DNA from: an uncultured Planctomycetota bacterium
Lineage (GTDB): Bacteria; Planctomycetota; Phycisphaerae; Tepidisphaerales; Tepidisphaeraceae
Assembly: GCA_963841915.1 (NCBI GenBank)
Contig: CAWJEN010000006.1
Span: 1,152,001-1,216,000, forward strand
Reading direction: 5' to 3'
Length of the DNA: 64,000 nt
The notes beneath the pieces are model-generated. The model ran no database searches. It was not told where the DNA came from and was given only the letters and a program-made list of their open reading frames with translations. Made by a program: the position numbers and the translations under genes. Within the stretch, counting starts at the first letter, position 1, and every line of letters begins with the position of its first letter. Below are positions 29,029 to 38,419 of the stretch, one piece after another.

Positions 29029-30835
29029 ATGACCGTTGCCGACGACCTGCCGACGATGCCTCTGACCCGGCCCCTGCTCCGCCAGCGGCTAGCCTCCAGC
29101 TTTGCCGGGGCCAGCACCTCGCACCTCGTCCTGGCCGGGGCCCTGCTGGTCTTTTTCGCCCTGTTCCTCGTCTGGCCGATCCTCAACGTCGTCACCGAGG
29201 GCTTCCGCCGACCCGGAGGCGGATTCACGCTCGAGTACCTCAAGCTCGTCCTGACCGACCCGGCGCTGGTCCGCGGGCTCGGCAATGCGGCCATGGTCGG
29301 CATCACGACCACCCTGCTCTGCCTCGTCATCGCCCTGCCCCTGGCGATCCTCAGCGTCAAGTTCGAGTTCCCCGGCCGGGCGTTGCTGGGCGGGCTGCTG
29401 CTGGTGCCGCTGGTGCTCCCGCCGTTCGTCGGGGCGGTCGGTTTGCGGACCGTCCTGGGCACCTTCGGGCCGCTCACCACCTTCGTCGGTTATCTCGGCT
29501 TCGACACCACCACGGGCATCGACTGGCTCGGCCAGTACCGCTTTGCAGGCGTCGTCGTCGTCGAGGCGATGCACCTCTACCCGATCCTGCTGCTCAACGT
29601 CCAGGCGGCCCTGGCCAACGTCGACCCGGCCATGGAGCAGGCGGCCCGGAACCTGGCGCAAGTCGTTGGACCGTCTTCCGTAAGGTCACGCTGCCCCTCA
29701 TCCGGCCGGGCATGTTCGCCGGGTGCACGCTCGTCCTCATCTGGAGCTTCACCGAGCTCGGCACGCCGCTCGTCTTCCAGTACCGCCAGGTCACGCCCGT
29801 CCAGATCTTCGAACGCATCGGTGAGGCCCAGGGCAACCCCGTCCCCTACGCACTCGTCGTCGTCATGCTGGCTGCCAGCGTGCTGCTCTACGCGATCGGT
29901 AAGCTCGTGCTGGGCCGTGGCTTTGACGCCGCCACCACCAAGGCCAGCACGCAGGCGACCACGATCAAGCTCACCGGTGGCCGGGCGCTGTTGGCCATGT
30001 CGCCCTTCGTCATCGTGTTCCTGCTGGCCGTCGTGCCGCACATCGCAGTCATCGTCACGAGCCTGACGTCGACGGGCACGTGGTACCAGTCGATCATCCC
30101 CCGCGAGCTGACGCTCTCGCACTACGACAGCGCCCTGGCCGACCCGCTGGTGATGGGCAGCGTCCGCAACAGCCTGCTGTATGCCTCTGCCGCCACAGCA
30201 GTTGCGATCGTTGTGGGCCTCAGCGTGGCCGTCGTCGTGGTCCGCAGCCGGGTGCCGGGTCGCGGGTTCATCGACGCCTTGGCCATGCTCCCGCTGGCGG
30301 TGCCGGGCCTGGTGCTGGCGTTCGGCTATCTCTCGATCAGCTACACGTTTGTGCGCTGGTTCCCTGAAGCCACCGCGCCCGGTGGGTCGCTCGTCTGGCT
30401 CAACGTGCTCGAGTTCCCGGTGATCCTACTGGTCATCGCCTACGCCGCCCGGAGGCTGCCCTACGTCGCCCGGGCTGCCGTCGCCGGGCTGCAGCAGACG
30501 CCCCGTGACCTGGAGCTGGCGGCCGCCAATCTGGCGCAAGTCGTTGGCGGGTACTGCGCCGCATCACGCTGCCGCTCATCCTGGCCAACCTCATCGCCGG
30601 TGGCCTGCTCGCCTTTGCCTTTGCCATGCTCGAGGTCAGCGACTCGCTCATCCTCGCCCAGCAGGGCGCGTACTACCCGATCACCAAGGCCATCTACGAG
30701 TTGACCACCCGCCTGGGCGACGGCATCTACGTCGCCAGCGCCCTGGGCGTCTGGACCATGCTCCTCCTGGCCCTGACCATCCTGTCGGCCAACGCGTTGC
30801 TGGCGAAGAAGATGGGCGCGATCTTCCGGATGTGA
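29029..30835 (+). CDS. Iron/thiamine-type ABC transporter permease (FbpB-like, two permease domains), 2 frameshifts
   Basis: LVLPPFVGA and two EAA motifs (MEQAARNL, LELAAANL), each followed by a frameshift. Confidence 0.88.
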
Positions 30836-30883
30836 TGCGCAGCCGCCTATCGACCGCCACGCAACGCGTGAATTAACAACGTC

Positions 30884-31753
30884 TTAGATCGTTGCCGCCG
30901 TCCAGTAACCGCCGATGCGGTCGATGAACGCACCGGGCTTCTCGGCATACGCCCGTTCGCCCAACTCTTTGGCCAGCATCTGCTTAGACGACCGCTGAGC
31001 CTCGGCAGCGACGGCGCTTGCCTCGTCGCCGTGCTCGCGAGCCTTTGTGGCCAGTTCAGAGAGGTCGTGGTCATCACCCAACGCGCCCGTCAGCGCTTTG
31101 CCGAGTGACGCAAGCCCGCCCAGCAGGTTCGGTGCCGCCAGCCGCAGCAGCTCGGCCACGTAGCGCAAGTCCTTAGCCCGCTTACGCCAATCGTGCCACG
31201 CCTCGGCATCGCCGTCGCTTTTGAGGGCCTCGCCGAACGCCCGGCGACCGTCGCGGTAGATCCTCTTGATCCCGCCCTCCATCGCCGACCACCCGTCAGC
31301 CGACAACTGCCACGAGCGAGCGGCGGTGCGAATCCCCGCCAAGCGGGTTGCCGCGTCCGTAGCCGCATCGGCCAGGTCGAGCCCGACAAGCCCCTTGTGC
31401 CGAGCCTTGAGCACGTCACGGAGCCCGCCAGCGTCCGCCAGGGAGAGACCGTCGAGCGTCTGCACCGCCACCGCCGCCTCGCGGGCGTCGCCGAGCGTGT
31501 GACCGATCGACCGCAGCTCATCATTGGCCTCTGCCCGCGTCGGCTGACCGTCGGCATCCCTCAGGCTGTACCGCACCATCCGCAGCAGCGAGCGGACTTC
31601 TTTCATCCGTTTTCTGCTTTCATGAACGGCTTTATCCAAACCATTCTCGCCAGGCAAACGCAGACGCATTTCCGCATCCGACAACAATACATCAACAGTC
31701 CGCCGAACCTCGTCTGCCAATGGCGATGTCGGGTCCAGCGGCGAGCTGATCAT
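30884..31753 (-). CDS. CHAD domain protein
   Basis: AVHESRKRMKEVRSLLRMV, WHDWRKRAKDLRY, LGDDHDL. Confidence 0.9.
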   Translation of the reverse strand: MISSPLDPTSPLADEVRRTVDVLLSDAEMRLRLPGENGLDKAVHESRKRMKEVRSLLRMVRYSLRDADGQPTRAEANDELRSIGHTLGDAREAAVAVQTLDGLSLADAGGLRDVLKARHKGLVGLDLADAATDAATRLAGIRTAARSWQLSADGWSAMEGGIKRIYRDGRRAFGEALKSDGDAEAWHDWRKRAKDLRYVAELLRLAAPNLLGGLASLGKALTGALGDDHDLSELATKAREHGDEASAVAAEAQRSSKQMLAKELGERAYAEKPGAFIDRIGGYWTAATI

Positions 31754-31785
31754 GGGGTTCTCCTACAAAGCTGCATCAGTCGCCG

Positions 31786-32601
31786 TTACATCGGCGGGTC
31801 GTACGCCTTGAAGTACTGCACAAGGTTATCGAGCAACCGCCTGCCGAGGCGTTCGTAGCGGGGGAAGTGCTTTTCGGTCTCGCTGCGTAATTTGTCGACG
31901 GCCCCACTGCCAAACGCTGCGCCGACGGCGCCGCCGTGCTTTTTGAGTAGCGCCTCGATGCCGTCGCGGGTGAACTCGGGGTGATACGCCAAACCGTAGA
32001 GCCGATTCTTGAACCGGAAGGCGGCGTTGCGGTCCCACGGGACGCTCGACATGAGCAGGTTGCCGCTAGGCGGAGGCGGACCGGGTTTGTCCGGGTCGTA
32101 CCCCTCAGGCGGCGGAAGTTTCGGCAGCGAGAAGCTGTCCTTTTGCCAGAAGAACATCGGCGTCCCGTCGCTGAGCCCGAAGAGCAGCGGGTCGGTCCCA
32201 CCCGGAAACGGCAGCCGAAGCTGGCCCCAGCCCAGGTGCGGATCGGCCTCGGCATCCTCGGCGTCGCCCTTACTTAAAGGTGTCACCTCCGCACCGGCGG
32301 CCTTGGCCAGGATCTGACTGCCGAGGCCGACACCCAGCGTCGGCCGATCTTCGTCCACAAACCGTTGCACGAGTTCGACTTCGCCGTCGAGCCACCCGGC
32401 CTTCTCGCCATACGCGTCGCCCGTCGTCAGCCGTTGTGGGCCACCGAGGATCACGAGCAGGCGGACCTCGTCGATGTCCTGCGGCACGCCATCGTGATCG
32501 ACACGGTGGACACGCGTCGGAATGCCAAAGTCGCGGAAGCTGGGCGTGATCTGCCCGGGGCCGAAGGCGTCGTCGTGCTGGAGGATCAGGCAGTAACTCA
32601 T
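31786..32601 (-). CDS. Type 1 glutamine amidotransferase-like protein (nucleophile Cys absent)
   Basis: ILQH, ILGGP, LGVGLGSQILA, GLAYHPE. Confidence 0.85.
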   Translation of the reverse strand: MSYCLILQHDDAFGPGQITPSFRDFGIPTRVHRVDHDGVPQDIDEVRLLVILGGPQRLTTGDAYGEKAGWLDGEVELVQRFVDEDRPTLGVGLGSQILAKAAGAEVTPLSKGDAEDAEADPHLGWGQLRLPFPGGTDPLLFGLSDGTPMFFWQKDSFSLPKLPPPEGYDPDKPGPPPPSGNLLMSSVPWDRNAAFRFKNRLYGLAYHPEFTRDGIEALLKKHGGAVGAAFGSGAVDKLRSETEKHFPRYERLGRRLLDNLVQYFKAYDPPM

Positions 32602-32690
32602 GGCGGCCCATGAACCTACGCGCGTTGTCGTCGCGGCACAACTGACGGGCTTGCTGCCCGTCAGGAATCCGGGCGAGGCGGCCACAAAAT

Positions 32691-32723
32691 ATGTTTGACA
32701 GATACCAAACATCACCCTACCAT
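32691..32723 (+). promoter_or_regulatory. Sigma-70-type promoter overlapped by a palindromic operator
   Basis: TTGACA (32695-32700)-N17-TACCAT (32718-32723); ATGTTTG-N8-CAAACAT (32691-32712) covers the -35 box. Confidence 0.7.
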
Positions 32724-32856
32724 GCTCGGGTGGGCAAGGCCGTTGTTCGGCCTCGTCCTGACCGTGCTGCCCCACTCGGGTGCGGCGTTTCGGACGCCAG
32801 GCGTCCCCGTTTTGCTTGCCCCCGCCGACGATCGGCGGGTGCCTTGTCACGTCCTC

Positions 32857-33348
32857 ATGGCCACACCGATCGACCCGAACGCGTTGTCCGCCCTTGGCGC
32901 CGCAGGCACTGCCACCCGCGATTTGGCGACCCGCAGAACCTGCCACGAGCAGGCACTGCTTCGCCGGGCGACGCATCTCGACGATGGCGAGCGGAGGCTC
33001 TTCGAGGCCCACATCATCCGCGGCCTGACGGTGCGGCAACTGGCGGGCCTGCTCGACATTCACGCCGGCTCCGTCGCCCGGCGGATCCGCTCGATCCAGC
33101 GGCGGTTGGTCGACCCCAACGTCGCCGCCGTCGTCGACGCCGGTGGGGCGTTGTCGCTGATTGATCGGCAGATCGCGATTGGTCACCTGCTGCGACGCCG
33201 GCCGGTGGCCAGCATTGCCGCCGACGTTCGCAAGACGCCGCCGATCGTTCGCCAGCGGCTGCAGTACATCCGCGGCTGGCTCAAGGGTCGCCGAGATGGC
33301 GCGTTCGCCATGCGGGTGGCCATGCAGCAGACCCGGGAAGCAGCGTGA
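32857..33348 (+). CDS. Tandem HTH (sigma-70 region-4-like) DNA-binding protein
   Basis: LDDGERRLFEAHIIRGLTVRQLAGLLDIHAGSVARRI and a second repeat LSLIDRQIAIGHLLRRRPVASIAADV. Confidence 0.65.
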   Translation: MATPIDPNALSALGAAGTATRDLATRRTCHEQALLRRATHLDDGERRLFEAHIIRGLTVRQLAGLLDIHAGSVARRIRSIQRRLVDPNVAAVVDAGGALSLIDRQIAIGHLLRRRPVASIAADVRKTPPIVRQRLQYIRGWLKGRRDGAFAMRVAMQQTREAA

Positions 33349-33415
33349 AGCGTCGCCCTTGTGTGCCTGGTCCCGAACCTTTGATCTTTCCCCTGTTTTC
33401 GCTCACCTGACGCCG

Positions 33416-34072
33416 ATGAACCTGTTCCCAACTCCGCTGATGCGACTGGCGGCCGACGTGTTCGGCGTCGACCCTGACGCGCCCGACGTGCTGCGCCCGC
33501 CGGACGTCGAACCGCCCGTCGCCGAGGCGGGCAAGATCGTGTTGTTCAACGGCCCGAGCGGTGGTGGCAAAACGACCGCCCTTCGTCGTCACGCCGACGC
33601 CGCTCGCGAGGCCGGTTGGCACGTCGTCGATGTCGGCCGACTGCGCCTTAAGCCGGTCGCCTGCGTCGAGCAGTTCGGCAAGAGCGGCGACGACGAACGC
33701 GACTTTGCCTTTGCCGCCAGCCGACTCAATCAAGTCGGCCTCGGTGAAGTTCGGGTCATGCTCCGCCCGCCCAGCCGGCTCAGCGACGGGCAGCGCTGGC
33801 GACTTCGCGTGGCTGTGGCCGTGTTTGGTGTCCTGCGTCGGCACGCCCTGGCCAAGAAGGCCAAGCGGCCAGGTGTGCCGGAACTGCTGGTGATCGACGA
33901 ATTCTGTGCCGTCCTCGATCGCGTAGCAGGCCCGGTGGTCGCACGGTCACTTCGCCAGACGATCGATCGCGTCAGCCGCGTCGGCGCGCCGCTTGCCGCC
34001 GCGGTGGCCACGAGTCACGACGACCTCCGCCCGGCCCTGCGACCGGATCACATCGTCTGGTGCGAAAGCTGA
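33416..34072 (+). CDS. Soluble ABC-type ATPase of the ATPase/acetyltransferase (COG2401-like) family
   Basis: GPSGGGKTT, signature variant LSDGQRWR, Walker B LLVIDEFCAVLDR and ATSHDDL..ALRPD; no TM partner nearby. Confidence 0.8.
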   Translation: MNLFPTPLMRLAADVFGVDPDAPDVLRPPDVEPPVAEAGKIVLFNGPSGGGKTTALRRHADAAREAGWHVVDVGRLRLKPVACVEQFGKSGDDERDFAFAASRLNQVGLGEVRVMLRPPSRLSDGQRWRLRVAVAVFGVLRRHALAKKAKRPGVPELLVIDEFCAVLDRVAGPVVARSLRQTIDRVSRVGAPLAAAVATSHDDLRPALRPDHIVWCES

Positions 34073-34077
34073 ACGCC

Positions 34078-34449
34078 TCAGCAGGCGACTTGCCGCAGGA
34101 GCACGAACAGCACCATGCCGACCATCACTGCCGAGAGGATGATCGCCCGCCGCTTGTCTTCCTTTTCGAAGTGCCGCGTGCTGACCTTGCGGTTGACGCG
34201 GGCCTTGGGATCACGTTCGTGGTCGACGAAGCACTTCTGGCAAATCGACGTCGGGCCCCAGGGTTTGAGGTTTTCCGGGACCGTCGGCTTGCCGCACTCG
34301 GCACAGGGGACGCGACGTTTCTTGTCGAGCCGGTGGCAGTCTTTGCACAAGTAACCGTCGCCGTCGCGATAGCGGCGGTGGCCGTCGAGGCTCGTGCCGC
34401 ACTGCTTGCAGACTTTGGGCTTCTGGGCCGTCGTGGTCGGGGTGCTCAT
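34078..34449 (-). CDS. Small protein with four CxxC pairs (two zinc fingers) and a C-terminal TM helix
   Basis: CKQC, CKDC, CAEC, CQKC; hydrophobic tail AIILSAVMVGMVLFVLL. Confidence 0.7.
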   Translation of the reverse strand: MSTPTTTAQKPKVCKQCGTSLDGHRRYRDGDGYLCKDCHRLDKKRRVPCAECGKPTVPENLKPWGPTSICQKCFVDHERDPKARVNRKVSTRHFEKEDKRRAIILSAVMVGMVLFVLLRQVAC

Positions 34450-34480
34450 CTGAAGAACGGGAACAGCAGGACTTTATGCC

Positions 34481-35026
34481 ATGTCGAGCACCTTGAATCA
34501 ACCCGCAGTCACTCGTTCGCCCTGGCGTGGCCCCGCGTGGATCGGCGGCCGCTGGCGGCTCACGACCGGCACACCCGCCGATTACAAGCTCCTGGCAAAG
34601 TGGCACTACCGCGCGGGCCAGCCTGCAACGTGGTGCCGCGTGGTCGTCGTTCGCCACGAACGCCCGGGCGTGCCGGCCCCGGTGGGTGACGTCGTCGCGG
34701 CCGTCGGTGTGCTGAGCTGGCCCACCATCTGCAGCCGCGGGCGGTTCGAAACCTTCGATCTCGACCGCCGCGACTACCGCCACCTCGCCCGCTGGGCCAA
34801 CGCCAACATCCGCACGATCAGCCGCGTCATCGTGCGGCCCAGCTACCGCGGCGCGGGTCTGGCCAAAGCCGTTATCAGCGAGCTCATCCACCGATGCCCG
34901 ACGCCCTACGTCGAAGCAACTGCCGCCATGGGAGCGTTTCACCCGATGTTCGAGCGCTGCGGCATGAAGCGTCTCGACCCCGCAGGTGGCAAACCCTACT
35001 TCTGGCGCGCGGTGCCGTCACCTTGA
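34481..35026 (+). CDS. GNAT-fold acetyltransferase (Mom-like/COG2401-type)
   Basis: LAKWHYR, ISRVIVRPSYRGAGLA acetyl-CoA motif, VEATAAMGAFHPMFERCGM. Confidence 0.8.
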   Translation: MSSTLNQPAVTRSPWRGPAWIGGRWRLTTGTPADYKLLAKWHYRAGQPATWCRVVVVRHERPGVPAPVGDVVAAVGVLSWPTICSRGRFETFDLDRRDYRHLARWANANIRTISRVIVRPSYRGAGLAKAVISELIHRCPTPYVEATAAMGAFHPMFERCGMKRLDPAGGKPYFWRAVPSP

Positions 35027-35180
35027 CCGCCGCGGAGCGAGTTGAAGAGAACTCACCTAAAATCGTGCAGATTCGCCCGAGGCCCTTCGGCTGCGCCCTG
35101 AAGGACGAACGGCGAACACGCTTACTCGCGGGTCAAAATCATATTGGCGGCCGCCGGGGCGCAGCGCGGCCAGAGCGTGC

Positions 35181-35699
35181 ATGTCCAAGACCATCACCGC
35201 CTCCCGGGCCGCCGAGCGGTTGCGCAACTTCGAAGCCACACGCAAAGTGCTGACGAGCCAGGAACGCAAACGGCAGTTCCCAAGCGCACAGCTATCCAAG
35301 AAGCACCGTGACGTGCTGGCGGCGGTCGCTGAGGGATCGTCGCTCGAAGAAGCTCGTCGTCGGCACAAGGTGGCCGATCGGACGCTGTTGAAGTGGATGA
35401 AACTACCAGAATTTGCCAAGCGTTTGCGGGAAAAGCAGGAAGTCGCCTCGCTGTGCAAAGGCGACGTCGGCCGTCTGCGGGTGATCCTGCTCGACGCCGC
35501 CACCGACGCCGCCCATGTGCTGGCCGCCAGCGTCCGTGGCGAAATCGAGCTCGACGCCAGCCGGGCCAAGTCGTGCCTCGAGGTGCTCAAACTCGTCCCA
35601 CTCGAAGCCGCGTCGGCAGACAACGAACCCTCACCTCTCGCCGCCAGCGTTACTGCGGCAGAAGCCAGCGACCTCGTCGACGCCCTGAAGAACCGGTAG
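35181..35699 (+). CDS. Probable terminase small subunit (N-terminal HTH)
   Basis: LSKKHRDVLAAVAEGSSLEEARRRHKVADRTLLKWMKLPEF HTH followed by helices, directly upstream of the large terminase. Confidence 0.65.
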   Translation: MSKTITASRAAERLRNFEATRKVLTSQERKRQFPSAQLSKKHRDVLAAVAEGSSLEEARRRHKVADRTLLKWMKLPEFAKRLREKQEVASLCKGDVGRLRVILLDAATDAAHVLAASVRGEIELDASRAKSCLEVLKLVPLEAASADNEPSPLAASVTAAEASDLVDALKNR

Positions 35700-35778
35700 G
35701 CCCCACGACCTCGCTCCCGCTTCCTCCGTCGTCCCAAGCGCAGTGGATCGACCCCATCTTCAGAAAACTTTCGCAAAA

Positions 35779-37173
35779 ATGCCCTTCAAGCCCTGCCGCA
35801 CGCCTGATCAACTCCACGCTTGGGTCCGCCTGTTCGTCGGCCTCGACGTGCCGCGCGTCGCACTGTGCGACGGGCACGATGCGCCGTTCGACTACCTCGT
35901 CAAAAGCTACTTCGAGCCGACGAACGACCTGGTCGTCTGGGCACCACGAGGCGGCGGCAAGACGCGGCTGGCGGCGGTCGCGACACTGCTCGATTTGCTG
36001 CACAAACCCGGCACGGCCGTCCGCGTCCTGGGCGGTTCGCTCGAACAATCGCTCAAACTCTGGGATTATCTGCTGCCCGACCTGTCGCGGATCGGCCGCC
36101 GGTTGTTCAAGGGCGGCAAGGCACCGCGGGAGACCAGCCGACGCGTGCGCCTGACCAACGGCAGCGACGGGGCCGTCCTGACGCAAAGCCAGAAGGCGGT
36201 GCGCGGCCTGCGCGTGCAGAAGCTGCGGTGCGACGAGGTCGAAGTCTTCGACGCCGACGTGTGGGAAGCGGCCCAGCTGGCGACGCGCAGCGGCCCGGTC
36301 GCCGCCGCCGCGGTCGAGGCCGCCAGCACGCACCACAAACCCGGCGGCCTGATGGGTCGCATCATCGACTCGGCCATACGTCGCAAGGTGCCGGTGTTGC
36401 GCTGGTGCCTGCTCGACGTGCTGGCCCGGTGCGAGCCCGAGCGGTCATGCGACGGCTGCACATTGTGGGACGAATGCGGCGGCAGAGCCAAGACGAAGTC
36501 GAGCGGCTTCATCAGCGTCGCCGACGCCATCGCCATGAAAGGCCGGGTGTCCAAAGAAACGTGGGAAGCCGAGATGTTGTGCCAACGGCCCAGCACGCGC
36601 GGGTGCGTGTTTCCGACGTTCGACGAGGCGGTTCATGTCAAACCGTTCGGCGGCAAGACGGGCGACTGGGCGATCGGCGTCGACTTCGGCTACGCGGCGC
36701 CGTTCGTCGCGCTCTGGATCGCGATCAACGGCGAGCAGGTTCACGTGGTCGACGAATACCTGCAACGCGGCCGCACCGTTCCCGAGCATGCGGCCGAGAT
36801 GAAGCGTCGCCAATGGCCGGCGCGGAAGGTGCTGTGCGACCCGGCCGGCGCGGCCATCGTCGGCCAGACCGGCGACAGCGACGTCGGCGTCCTGCGGGCA
36901 AGCGGCTTTGCGGTTCGGTTCCGCTCGAGCCGCATCACCGAGGGCCTGGAGCTCATCCGCCGCCGCCTCTGCCCCGCCGACGGCAGCGGCCCGACGCTCT
37001 TCATCGACCCGCGTTGCCGACAGCTCATCGTCGCCATGCGGTCTTACGCCTACGGCGAGAGAGTCGGCGAAAACCCGCACAAAGACGGCACCTACGACCA
37101 CCCGATCGACGCCCTGCGCTACGCGCTGGTCAACCTCGCCCGGGCTGAAAGAGTTCGATCGTCGACAGTGTGA
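35779..37173 (+). CDS. terL: Phage terminase large subunit
   Basis: Walker A APRGGGKT, VRG...LRCDEVE Walker B, AST coupling motif, RNase-H nuclease motifs IGVDFG, CDPAG and DHPIDALRY. Confidence 0.88.
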   Translation: MPFKPCRTPDQLHAWVRLFVGLDVPRVALCDGHDAPFDYLVKSYFEPTNDLVVWAPRGGGKTRLAAVATLLDLLHKPGTAVRVLGGSLEQSLKLWDYLLPDLSRIGRRLFKGGKAPRETSRRVRLTNGSDGAVLTQSQKAVRGLRVQKLRCDEVEVFDADVWEAAQLATRSGPVAAAAVEAASTHHKPGGLMGRIIDSAIRRKVPVLRWCLLDVLARCEPERSCDGCTLWDECGGRAKTKSSGFISVADAIAMKGRVSKETWEAEMLCQRPSTRGCVFPTFDEAVHVKPFGGKTGDWAIGVDFGYAAPFVALWIAINGEQVHVVDEYLQRGRTVPEHAAEMKRRQWPARKVLCDPAGAAIVGQTGDSDVGVLRASGFAVRFRSSRITEGLELIRRRLCPADGSGPTLFIDPRCRQLIVAMRSYAYGERVGENPHKDGTYDHPIDALRYALVNLARAERVRSSTV

Positions 37174-37290
37174 TCAAGTTGAGGGTCTGACGAAGTGGAC
37201 GCGACACGATGAGTATCGCGGTCGAACCGCGAGCGACAGTCGCCACGCGGACGCCGCATGATGAGGACTAGACTTGCAGCCCCACCGTCC

Positions 37291-37377
37291 GGAAGCGTGG
37301 CAGAGTGGTTGAATGTACCGGTCTTGAAAACCGGCAGGCACGCAAGTGTCTCGTGGGTTCGAATCCCACCGCTTCCG
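37291..37377 (+). tRNA. tRNA-Ser(TGA)
   Basis: GGAAGCG/CGCTTCC acceptor stem, CCGGT-CTTGAAA-ACCGG anticodon arm, long variable arm, GGTTCGAATCC; CCA not encoded. Confidence 0.95.
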
Positions 37378-37409
37378 CTACTTTAAGTCGAATGGTGAGA
37401 ACCGCCGCC

Positions 37410-37595
37410 TCCACCTCGTCAGGCGGCCGACGTCGTCGTAGGCGTAGCGGTGGACGAGCGTGTTCGTGGCGTCGCTGATGCGTTCTTCGATCAGGCGGCC
37501 CAGCGGGGCGGCCGGGGCGTCCCAATTCGGTTCGTCGCCCCAACCGTCGGCGGCGAGGGTCTAGTCGTCGTAGACCATCCCCGTGATGACGCCGG
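37410..37595 (-). pseudogene. Decayed Rhs/YD-repeat fragment
   Basis: Hand translation GVITGMVYDD*TLAADGWGDEPNWDAPAAPLGRLIEERISDATNTLVHRYAYDDVGRLTRW aligns with the Rhs segment GVVTEHVYDDETYV...LGRMVEERV...LVHRYAYDALGRRTAW. Confidence 0.8.
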
Positions 37596-37867
37596 TCCGC
37601 CGCCTACGTCGACGGGTCGTTCGGCCTGCGGATGTGGATCAGAAGAACGTCGGGACGCCGTATGTGGCCTCCGATCGCCAATACAAGCCGCTACCGACCG
37701 CTGCACGCTGCGACACGGCCACCGCCGCCGCGCAGGAGTGGGACGGCGGCTCCGGCTCACTCATCCTGTTGATCGGCCGCGGTAGCGAGAGAAGCGTTGG
37801 AAAAGGCTCGCGACCCCTTTTTCTCCCCGTCTAAATCTTCTCTGCAAAATAGGCTGCGGACTACAGG

Positions 37868-38419
37868 TTAAGTGTGTGACTCTGCGTCTTGGACGTCTTC
37901 CGGTAGGAGCTCGTCATTTGCCAGCGCGACTCTAGCTACAGCTTCCCCAACGGCAACGGGCTGAGGTGGCACATGTTCAATTCTGCTGTGATGCATCACA
38001 ACCACTCCACCTCTCGCAGGATGTGTCTGCTTTACGATAATCTCATTCTTTCGCTTCTGCACGATGATGTACTTCCAGACTGAACTAACAACGTCTTCTT
38101 CGTTAGAACCAAGTATTTGCCGGTGTTCTGCTTCAACTCGTTTACGAGTTTCGGCATCGGCAAAATGCGTTGAACTGCTTAGAGCCTTTAGTACGGAAGC
38201 ACCGATGCCTGCCGCATCACTGAGGCCCTGAAAATCCCATGAGGGCTCCCCGGAGCCCGTCCACATCCTACCCGCAAAGTGAACCGAGAGCACCTTCACC
38301 TCTGCTCGTGGACATCGCTTGACGTATACGGAGCATTCGTGAATGCCTGTGGTATCATAAGCCCAGTAATCTTCTTGCTCGGGCATGAGCTTCTGGAGAA
38401 TGTTGGTAAAATATCTCAC
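37868..38419 (-). CDS. Probable orphan immunity protein (CdiI-like)
   Basis: Visibly lower-GC 183-aa ORF; its start overlaps the stop of an upstream toxin-tip remnant; SDAAGIGASVLKALSSS resembles CdiI-type proteins. Confidence 0.55.
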   Translation of the reverse strand: MRYFTNILQKLMPEQEDYWAYDTTGIHECSVYVKRCPRAEVKVLSVHFAGRMWTGSGEPSWDFQGLSDAAGIGASVLKALSSSTHFADAETRKRVEAEHRQILGSNEEDVVSSVWKYIIVQKRKNEIIVKQTHPARGGVVVMHHSRIEHVPPQPVAVGEAVARVALANDELLPEDVQDAESHT

